NCBI GenBank assembly: GCA_003971905.1
Contig: RSEE01000057.1
Coordinates: forward strand, 421,726-441,725
Source of the DNA: Moniliella sp. 'wahieum'
Taxonomy: Eukaryota
Reading direction: 5' to 3'
DNA: 20,000 bases
Shown: piece by piece, positions 11,032 through 20,000 of the stretch
How the letters are laid out: each line of letters starts with the position of its first letter
Position numbering within the stretch: the stretch's first letter is position 1
Program-made: the position numbers and the translations under genes
The notes under the pieces: generated by a model
Databases searched by the model: none
Told to the model about the DNA's origin: nothing
The model's input: only the letters and a program-made list of their open reading frames with translations

Positions 11032-13424
11032 TCAAGGCAGGGCGAGGACCGAGGAAGAACCTGGGCGGGGAAGAGTAGACAGGGCCATCTGGGAGCGGTG
11101 CACCACCATCTTCTCCAGGCCAAACGACGGACGCTCGGTTCGGAAACTTTTGCTGCGCTGCACTTCCAGAGCCTTGCCCGACACCACTTTCTTCAGTTCG
11201 TGATGGGCCTCGTACAGCTCCCCCATGCATGCTTCAGACGGCCCAGCTCATAATGAGCAAAATACAGAATCCCCACGTCCTCTCCGCGCAAACGCGAGCC
11301 AACCGAGAAGACTTTGTGGAAACAATCAACGGCCTCGTTGGCCAGATCAGTGGGCGACGGCATCTGGTCATCGGGGGGCATACGAGGGAGAGTATACTCA
11401 ATTGGGAAGCTGAGAAGCGAAGGATGACGCTCGAAGAAAGTAGGCAAGGGCATAGGCCCCTGCCCACTCCGAATGTCCGATGGATTGTACGAGGCAGTGG
11501 TCGATTCAAGCAAGGCAATTTCCCGCGTCACCACCGCCCCAGCTGCCTCGTTACAGCAAAAAGACAGGGGTGTGGGGGAGGGTGTGCCAAATGTAGGCAA
11601 ACTCAAGTCCAGGAAGAGTGAGGCGGCCGTTCTGGATAAACTTCTTGGCTCGTCCGATGGCAAAGCGCTCGGCTCCAATCGACTGTCCAGCAACTCGCTG
11701 GCTCAACAGAGGCACGGTCGCCATAATCGTCTTGGCCCGCTGAATCGTCGCCTCGTCTTGTTGCCCCGACTTTGTCTGGTTCTTGGCCGAGTATAGAGAC
11801 AAGGCTTTAGAGTACTGGAATAACGCCTTCGTGAACGACGATTGGCGGAGAGAGCATCGAAACACTCAAACGCTCGCTTGATCAGCTAGGGTAAGATATG
11901 CCAAGGCCAAGTCCCACAAAACACGGTGGCTCAGCTCGGGGTACTGGTGTGACACGTAATGGCGTTGCGGTACGACTCCATGGCTCGTTCAGGAAGGGCC
12001 AGCATACGGAGCATTGCGACCTTGGAAAAAGTGCAAAAAGAAACCTTTGGGAAACGCTGAAGATTGAATTAAAAACCTTGTCGGCCAGCTCAAGGTTAAC
12101 CGTCGGGATGGCCACGTAGGAACTGACAAATAGATTGTAGGTCAGAATGGTGATGTCACACAGCGGTCGACGGAGTCCCTCTTGCGCGATATCAATCCCC
12201 GGAGCGGTCGAGGCGGATGTCCACCCTCCAGCTTGACTCAAAATGTCCATCGCCCGCTCCCGATCTGTCGAGTAGCCGATCGCCCAGCACTTTACCTGCC
12301 ACTGCCGGTAATAAAGAGAGAACAAGGATACAGATACCGTAAGACAGTGTGCATCCCGCACCGTAGATCCACGTCTACGGCAAAATCCCCGGTTCGGACC
12401 GTGCTTGCCTTGGGCCAGTGTTCCCGCTGTGCAGCCTCAGCGTCTTGGCGGCGGCAAAACTGCTCAGCTGACGAATGATGAGGCGCTTTCCGCAGGTTGA
12501 TCACATGGCGGGCCAGCTTGGCTGCATCGCGTGACATGAAGATGCCAACAATCGAGACAATCAAGCACGACTCGGCGTAGATGAGCTCGGCTTGCTGCTG
12601 AAACAAAGGTCATTGACGCCAAAAAGCTGCTGTCCGACCGGCCTGGCACAGGGATCGGGGCCGTTTCTTCCGCAACAGCTTGGCGATCTTCCTTGCATGT
12701 TGGGCACACGGACCCCGGTCTGGAGGTGATCTTGCTCAAAGGTCATGATGGCTTTGACTCCATTGATCAACGCCATGGCAATTGCCATGTACATCCGTGT
12801 CCCGGCCGTTTTGCGGGCTACGGCCTCACTCTCGGTCATCTTTGAATTCAAAAATAAGTCCATGATCAGATGTGATGTGCGCACATCCTCGCGCATCTCG
12901 GCCTCGGTCTGCTCCACATGTGCCTTGGTCAATTTAAATCGAGGGATGTAGTCCGGCCAGACATAAGCTGGATGGGACACAGTCTCGTCCGACGCCAAGG
13001 ATAACCCGTCGCCGTCATTTGTGCCCCACTCCAAGGAGCTGCGATCCGTGTCCGTCGAGACACTGATTTCCGAACCCGGTCCGGTTGCATGTCCCGAAGC
13101 CGGCTCGCCCAGGGAGAGTTCATCGACACTGCTTCCTGTGACATTGGTTCCATCCGTCGACATGGACGCCACCGAGGCAATGGCCGAGGAGGCCCGCATG
13201 GGCAGAGAGGAGGACACGGAAGTGGCGGTGGTGCGCCGTGATGTGACTGAAAATTCGGTTGCGCTGCCCGAATGGGAGGCGGAGCGTGGGCGGAAGCCAG
13301 ACTGAGAGGCTCTAGTCGGTAGAACCGGCAGCTTGGATGTAGGTGGAGGAGAGACAACGGATCCGCCTTGCGAGGAAGAGGACAAACGTGCGCCAGGCTG
13401 ACGAACTCCTCGCGAGGGATCCAT
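11032..13424 (-). CDS. IML2: Iml2/TTC39 (DUF3808) TPR-like protein region; many frameshifts; probably the C-terminal part of a fusion with the upstream CRAL-TRIO region; 3' end 11032 or 10928
   Basis: Ser-rich region, then MDLFLNSKMTESE, RMYMAIAMALINGVKAIMTFEQDHL, AELIYAESCLI, GLRRPLCDITILTYNL, IPTVNLELADK, AERFAIGRAKKF, LTLPGLEFAYIWH, YFAHYELGRL, FGLEKMVVHRSQMAL. These match my recollection of fungal Iml2-family motifs. Confidence 0.8.
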
Positions 13425-13454
13425 CGCCGCATAGAAGAGTTGAGCTGCAACGAG

Positions 13455-15461
13455 TTAGAACGATGGAGAGTGGTGCGAGGTGCTGGGGAAGCTAGATTCA
13501 TCGAAGCGCGCGATACGATTGGGCGTGAGAAGGGCTGAACAGTTTTGGACGTAGGTGGGGCTCAATTCGGGAGGGCGTTCAACGCCACAGGCACCGAACC
13601 GTGACGAAGATGAATATGTCATCAGGTCTCCCCCGTTTTGAGCAAGCCACGACAAGAGTGCTGGGATGGAGTGGGCAGTACCAACCAATACCGGCGCCAG
13701 ATCGGTACCTGCGGGAGGGGCAAACGTAGCGCTTCCATCCTCTTGCAGAATCCCAATCCTATGGTACACATTCGGTGTACGGTGGTATGGCTGCGCTTGA
13801 AGAGCCTGAAGGCGAAGTTGGACCTGCTGCACTGACCGTGCGTGGAGCACGCTCTCCCATGCTGCCGCAGGAGCTTGGTCCATGGTAGAATTGTTCGCCC
13901 GAGAGCACCAGGAAGCGGTGGTAGCCTCGAATTTTTGAAGTAATTCTTCGCGCTCAGTCCGAATCAGTTTGCGAGTATTGGCATGAACAGCGGATGCTGT
14001 TTCGCGGGAACCGGGTGGGGGGTAGATGAACTTCTGCGCCTGCCCCCCAAGTGGGGGGGAGGACGAGTTCGGGGGGGAAAGCAAGCCAGGGGGCCAAGTC
14101 GGCAAGGGTGGTGGAAAAGCGGATCTTGGCGAGGATAGGTTCGACCATGGGCTGGAGCATCTTCCATACATTGCTAAAGACCCAGGGCGAGGCATGGATC
14201 CAGATGCGCTCGACGCGCTCCGGGAACAAAACGGCCATATATCGGACGGCAAACAAGACCGCTTGCCAATCCATTGATTTTATAGTAAAGTTGACCAAGC
14301 TAAATAGGATCGACACCTTGCCGGCACCGCCGTTCGGAATGCTGGTGGCGCTGGGTTCGAGGGGAGCAGCGCCAGCGCAAGCGCAAGCCGACAGGAGGCA
14401 AAGCAGCATATGCCGTTGCATCGTTTCGGTCGACTGGGCTGTCGCGGAATGCTTGCCCACTCGGACCACCATGACCGGCGAGCCATCTTTGGCAACGGTT
14501 TCGACAACACCGAGCTGGTGGCGCCAGAGACGGAGGGCACCTGGAGCGGTTTGCAGTGAGGCTTCGCCATGGCGTAAGAGGGACGGTACGTCCAGTTCGT
14601 ACCAATACGAAAGGGCTCCCACAAGCTGTGGGACGGATGCGAGCGAAGATAGCGAACACGAGCACGAGCACGAGCACGACAAGAAGTCACCAAAAGCAAA
14701 AGGCAGTGTGAAGAAAATCAGCGGATTTGGGCGCAGGTGTGGGGTACGTTTTACTTACAGTCCTAAGGAACGGTCGACATGAAAGTCCCGTGCGGGAAGG
14801 AAGCGCACGAGGACGGCATCGGGGTAGTCAGTTTGGACGTACTCCCAAAATGCGGTGCGCAGAAGGGTCCGCCGTAGCGGGAGAGAAAGAGAGAGGGAGC
14901 GGATTGTTCGGCTTGGAGAGTGGTCGCAGCACGTAGTTGGACCGTGGCATCTTCCGTGCGCGACAGCTGGCTCTGTGCCATGGCCTCCCGCTCGGCAGAG
15001 GGGATGTGGGCAGGCACAGCGCGAACTCCTCCATTGGCCAAGACAGTCGCAGACACATCAGGCTCTGGAGAAGAGAGCCAGGAGGCGGGACCAGAGAAGC
15101 TGAAGCGCCTGTTCCTGGCTGGGGCTGAGCGGAAGGGACGCGTCTGGGTGTGCAGGGATGGGGGGGACGGGGGGAGGGGGGGGGGGAGGGGAGGAGCGGG
15201 AGGAGCGCCGTTATCGGCGGCGAGGCTGGATCCTTGGGCGTGGGCCATAGCGAAGGCGGCAGCCAAGACGGGGGAAGGGTGGGGATGGTGGCGAGGGGAA
15301 GGGGCCTGCGCCTCAAGTGCCATGGGTGTGGGCTGCGGGCTGCTGTAGGCCACCCCACCGGCAAGGCCCACTTCTTGGGGCAGAAGTGAGTCAAATGAGC
15401 GATTTATACCAAGTGGCAGGGGCCAAGTGGGGTCAATTTGCACCGATGTATGTCGCATCAT
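13455..15461 (-). CDS. Sec14-like CRAL-TRIO lipid-binding domain region, Csr1/Sfh2-like, divergent; frameshifted; one intron; start codon uncertain
   Basis: Pro/Ser-rich N-terminus, CRAL_TRIO_N-like DYPDAVLVRFLPARDFHVDRSLG (~14760-14830), core KDGSPVMVVRVGKH..ILFSLVNFTIKSMDWQAVLFAVRYMAVLFPERVERIWIHASPWVFSNVWKMLQPMV..KIRF, and Csr1-type tail QPYHRTPNVYHRIGIL. Confidence 0.82.
14626..14758 (-). other. Intron in CRAL-TRIO region (~133 nt)
   Basis: GTAAGT donor at 14758, pyrimidine-rich body, CACAG acceptor at 14626. Donor and acceptor phases differ by 1 nt, consistent with a local indel error. Confidence 0.65.
14657..14678. repeat. Hexanucleotide microsatellite (CACGAG)n, ~3.7 units, intronic
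   Basis: cacgagcacgagcacgagcacg read directly. Confidence 0.8.
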
Positions 15462-16291
15462 TAACAGCGCCCAGAACAGCCGTGGCCCATCCGCGGCGCC
15501 CCCAACGCTAATCTACACCACCTTGGTCGGCCCCGCTGCTCAGATTGAGCGCGGTGTATGCTGACCCACTCACCCCGGCGATGATGCACATACCTAGACA
15601 GGTCCAGCAAGAAGATGCTCCACTCACCGAAACTTCGGTCTTTGGCCATTCGCCACAAGACAAGATGCATGACCTAGGGGAGATGGAGCGACTCGAGTGC
15701 TCTGCATGGACAAATTGCCCGCTCTCCGTCACCGCAGACGCACACCATCGTAGCGTCCGACTTGGGGGCCAGCACAAATTTTGGGCAACACGAGCATGGC
15801 GGAGGTGAACCCTTCGCAAACCATTCCAGTCGCCAAGCCCTTCACATGAATGGACTGTCATTGATCATCTTCGTATGCTGCGTCTCGGGACAGGATCGCC
15901 ACATGCCTTCAACAATAGCAAGAAAAATATTGTCGATGGAGGAGGTATGTTGCAAGGTGGACAGGAGGGGCAGGGGAATACACGTGAGGATAATACATGG
16001 GAAGAAACTCGAAGCGCTTGGTTCAGACAGCAGCGGTAGAGAAAGAGGGAACTCCAGACAAGATCGCACTGGGCCTTGGCTCCCCTTCTCGGCCATGGGC
16101 ATGCTTCTTGCACGAATGCGAAGAGCGGTAGCGGAGTAGAATTAGTGCTGCGGGCAAAACAGTAGCGGAGATGTGACAGAGACAGGGACAAACAATAGGG
16201 ATGGTACACTGCCCCATGTTCAGCGACGGTCCTACAAGAGAGAGCAGCAGGATGCTGTTCGATCTCGGGCGTTGGCAAAGCGAGCGGGGCG

Positions 16292-16794
16292 TCAGTTGGC
16301 CGCATCGTACCGCGCCTTAGATTGGGCAAAGAGCATTTCCTGGTGCTTCAGCAGCTCTTCGGGGCTCATGCCCGTGTCCTTCATCTTACGAGACTTGGAT
16401 TCACGTTCCTTGGTAATGGTCTTATGGCTCTGCAGTGTTTCGGCCACGGCGGGAGCGAACTGGTCAAAGCCAAGGTCCTTGAGGGCCTGCAGCACATGTT
16501 CAGGTGCAATGGTCTTTTTTGCGTCGCGTTCACAGATCTCGTTGGACTCGCTCGAGACGAGGTGGATGAACTCGACGCAGCACTCGATGAATAGGTCGCG
16601 TGTGTCGCGGGCGCATGAGAGCTCGGGCGGGAGGGCGGCTGGATGAGAAGGGTGGCGTGTGAGATCGAGAGCACATAGGAGGCAACGAGAGGCAACAGGA
16701 ACGCACCTTGAATGATCTTCTGGATAGTTGCCTTGGGCAGCGAGAGTTCATCTTCGGTTGAGCCTGATGCGGCAAAGGCCTCGTCATCCGACAT
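16292..16794 (-). CDS. NCB2: Negative cofactor 2 beta subunit (NC2-beta/Dr1), histone fold; exons 16794-16707 and 16638-16292
   Basis: Spliced product MSDDEAF..DELSLPKATIQKIIQ-AALPPELSCARDTRDLFIECCVEFIHLVSSESNEICERDAKKTIAPEHVLQALKDLGF..GMSPEELLKHQEMLFAQSKARYDAAN. The 68-nt intron 16639-16706 (GTGCGT..CCAG) gives an intact frame. Confidence 0.96.
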
Positions 16795-16824
16795 GGGCGC
16801 GAGCGCAGCAAAAGCACAAGGAAC

Positions 16825-16850
16825 AGGCGGGCGTAGGCGGGCGTAGGCGG
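16825..16850. repeat. Tandem 10-mer (AGGCGGGCGT) x2.6 upstream of NCB2
   Basis: aggcgggcgtaggcgggcgtaggcgg read directly, 31-56 nt upstream of the NCB2 ATG. Confidence 0.75.
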
Positions 16851-18024
16851 AGCGTCAAGGAAAAGCGCGCCAAAAAGAAAAGAAATCGGGGACAATCACC
16901 TGACCAGGCCAAGAGGAGGAGTAGGGTTACGCCCAAGCGCGGCTGGGACGCAAGCGGCTGAAGGCAGGGGTGGGGGTGGGCTGGAGGTGGGGCCGAGCCA
17001 GCGGCGGCGGCTCGTCTAAATATAGCAGTCCACGCAGCGCATGTGCTGCCGCAGCCTGCCGCCAGAGCGCGTCCCGGCAGCTGCGCTCAGGCGCTCAGTT
17101 GACGTTCAGAACGCTGAGCTCGCCGCAAAATTCAGCTGAATGCCCCCGTACCCGGTGCCCGCTCAGCCAATGATGCGTGATGCATGATACGTGTTGCCTG
17201 TGCTACAGTGCGGACCTTCGCCTGCCCTCGCCCCGTGCCTGGCGACCGAGCTGTGTGCGACCGTACAGCGCCAGTCTTTGCCTTGTTATTTTTTCCACCT
17301 CGGCCTGTCTGCCCTCGCCTGCCCCCGCGCGGGCTGGAAGCACGCCATGCATGATGCATGATCGGTTGACCCGCAGGCTGCCCTGTGTCCGGTGACCCGG
17401 CCTGCTCGAGCCCGCCAGCGGAATTTTGGCGCCCAGGCTATTGCGGATTCGGTGCGGAATGTGAACAGCGCAAGTGTCGTTTGGAATTTGAAATGTGGCC
17501 GCGCCTCAAGCCATCCCCACTTCATCACCTGCCCCACTTATCTCTCAGCGCATGTGCCAACTACACTGCTCCACCTACTTCACCTCGGCTTCGCTCGGCG
17601 CTAAGCGCCGGCACTCGTGTCTGCCTGTATTCTATATCCACCCATGCCCATCCATGAGAGAAAATATTCAATCGTGAGGTCGGCATGGAAGGGGAAAACT
17701 TGGCCAGTAGTGGGCGCGCCAATGCCGCTGTCCCGAGTATAGTCTCAGTTCCAACGCCCTCCCCCTCTCCTCCACTGGCATCGCGTCTGTCCCGAGCATG
17801 CAAGGCGCGCGCGGTTCATCGTGGTATAGTTTAAAGCGGACGGAGCAGGCATGTAGGCGCAGGGTGAAGGCGGCGCAGGGGCAGAGAAAAGGTGGGTTGC
17901 TAGACGCGGGTGGAAGGCCGGCAAAAAATCAGGGGTATAGTGGAGCTGGTCGGCACAGGCGCGGGAGCGAGGGCGTGAAAGGAAAGATGCCGGGGAGGGG
18001 CGGGATGAGGGCACACCACTGTTC

Positions 18025-19689
18025 TCAAGGCATCCACAGCTTCACTGTCAAGTCCACCGACCCCGTCGCGACCACATTGACCGTCTTGCGCGTGTCAGTG
18101 GCGCGGGTTAGGACGCCATTCCCAATCCCATTTCCATTCCTCGTGCCCGCAGGTCCATCGGACGACGCCCCCTCGACCCGGGCGCGGCCCCAGGCAACGG
18201 TAGTGACAAAGTGGTTGTGCGCTTCGAGAGTACGAGAGGTGCGGCCCGAGGCCAGGTCCCACACCTTGAGCGTCTTGTCATCCGACACGGACAGAAGAAA
18301 TTTGCCGTTGGGCGCAAAGACCAGTCCTCGGACCCAATTGTCGTGCCCGACGAGCGTTTTGAGACGGCGCCACTGCGTGATCCCACAAACGGATCGTCTT
18401 GTCCCGACTGCCGGTAGCGGCGAACAGACCCGGTTGTCGCTCCTTGCTCTGTCGATGGATTTGCGACGTTAGTATGCTGTTCCGCTCTCCCCCGAGCCGA
18501 CTCATTGGGAGGCAGGGGTACGTACCGAAGGGAAGCCAGTCAGTTCAAACAGCGCTGGGTACGCTGCCAGTGGTGCAAAGACGGCAACCTCGACCACATG
18601 CTCGTGGCCACGCAGCTCATTCTTGGTCTCGCCCGTATTGGGGTCCCAGGTCCGAGCGGTTTGGTCGTTGGAGGCACTGATCATCATCTTCCCGTCTTCG
18701 GATGGACTGATCCAGCGTACCCACTCCGCAGGCCCGTCAAGGTGCGGACACAAAAACCACTGGCCACTTCCCATATCCGAATCGTCCGATCTCGACTGGA
18801 ACTGGCCAGGTACGTGTCCCCTGGTAAAAACTTCACACTGGAATGTGGTCGTGGCCATAGAGTGTCTTGACCGTCTTTCCACTCGTGGTCGTGTCCCAAA
18901 GGCGGATGGTGAGGTCAGAGGAACAAGAGCTGAAGCAGACAACAAGCAAAACAGCATCAGTCTCTCTCGTGCTGGGCCATGGGGAGGAAACGAAAAGAGT
19001 GTGTATGGGAGGGCGGGGCACTCACCTAGAAAGGTGCCCTTCGAATCAAAATCAACGTCCTGCACAGCCTTGTGTGACCCTTGAGCGTGCGCTCAAATTC
19101 GCCGGTTTCCCAATCCCATACTTTGATCGAAGAGTCCTCAGAGGCAGAAACTAGGAGACTAAAGACTGGGTGGAAGGTAACCCGAGTCACTGGGTTGCGT
19201 GGCTGGCCAGCGTGTACCTGGCCGGTATGCGGGGAGTCCAGTCCACTTGGGACGCGGAACGGGCGCGTGCCAGCGGGGGTCGAGGCAAGCTCCTCGGTCA
19301 AGGGCGTTCTTGGCTTCCAGCTCCATGATCTGCGGACATACAGGATGCAATGCGGTTAGAAGCAAGGCCGCAGAGGGCATCCAGGCCCAAGCAGGCGCAC
19401 CGACGCACCTTCTTTGCAGCCTAATCAACTTGTCCATTTCTTTTCGAGTAGGCCAGCTACTTGGCTTTGGAGTCGACGACAAACTCTTCCTGCTCCGTCT
19501 CCTTGGCGAGGGCGTCAAAGGATGCGGTGAGGCCATTGGACTGGAAGTAGTCGAGGATGGGAGTGGTTGCTGTGTGCCACAAGAGGAGTCAGATCTCAGA
19601 ACGATGAGCGGGGTCAGGGAGGCGGACAAAGGCAGGCTTTCACCTACAGTTCTTCTTTCTGCCGCTCGGAGCAGCAGCGTTGGCGGCAT
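18025..19689 (-). CDS. PAC1: Dynein regulator LIS1/NudF/Pac1 (LisH, coiled coil, WD40); four introns; frameshifted
   Basis: N-terminal [158 protein letters not shown]. GT-AG introns at 19570-19647, 19330-19408, 18930-19025, 18449-18525. Confidence 0.96.
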
Positions 19690-20000
19690 GGCGGCGAGGT
19701 GAACGGAGAGGGAGTGCGCCACACTCGCTGGGAGGAGGGTAGGGGAGGGGGGCTAGAGAGAGGGCGCGGCGGGTGCAGGTGACGGGAGGCAGCGGTGGGG
19801 CGTCGGTGCAGTTGGACTGTGATTGATTAATGATTGGCCAGCCCAGAGGAAACCAACACAATGCAACCTGCGCCGGCCACACACTGGCGCTGCCAGCCAG
19901 ACCCCGCGCTGCGCCGCCTCTCCTGGCCCGCACACGCGAGTATGGCGCGCGTTGGGCAGGCGGGCGAGCCTCAGGCGCTCACCCCTGCCTGTCTGCCTTC

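Noticed and set aside
15155..15205. G-tract with G-quadruplex potential
   Set aside because: Explained by poly-proline codons on the minus strand of the CRAL-TRIO N-terminus.
6342..15461. Possible lipid-metabolism gene cluster (SUR1, PDA1, IML2, CRAL-TRIO)
   Set aside because: Flanked by unrelated housekeeping genes, with no shared pathway; adjacency is plausibly chance without synteny data.
15508..16290. Several 64-154 aa ORFs between the CRAL-TRIO start and NCB2 end
   Set aside because: No family motifs; overlapping on both strands as expected for GC-rich noncoding DNA. An upstream exon cannot be excluded.
17654..17677. MRENIQS resembling a tubulin MREI start
   Set aside because: Stops after 7 codons and no tubulin sequence follows.
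222..19301. Programmed ribosomal frameshifting or RNA editing as the cause of broken ORFs
   Set aside because: Shifts are numerous, go in both directions and show no consistent slippery motif; assembly error is more parsimonious.

Overview
Eukaryotic, gene-dense, GC-rich fungal genomic DNA with short GT-AG introns, most consistent with a basidiomycete (Ustilaginomycotina-like; inferred, not verified). In order it contains: a 5'-truncated GH38 alpha-mannosidase (Ams1, +), a stand-alone VWA-domain protein (+), tRNA-Ala(AGC) (-), a GT32 MIPC synthase (Sur1/Csh1-like, -), pyruvate dehydrogenase E1-alpha (PDA1, -), an Iml2/TTC39-family region (-), a Csr1-like CRAL-TRIO region (-), NC2-beta/Dr1 (-) and LIS1/NudF (-). 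All protein genes except NC2-beta carry 1-2 nt frameshifts. This most likely reflects an unpolished long-read assembly rather than pseudogenes, so exon boundaries are approximate. The most notable observation is that the CRAL-TRIO and Iml2/TTC39 ORFs share a reading frame and are separated by a single TAA. That TAA lies inside a CTAAC branch-point motif just upstream of a TTGCAG acceptor, suggesting one spliced CRAL-TRIO-Iml2 fusion gene. No mobile element, CRISPR array or rRNA was recognised.
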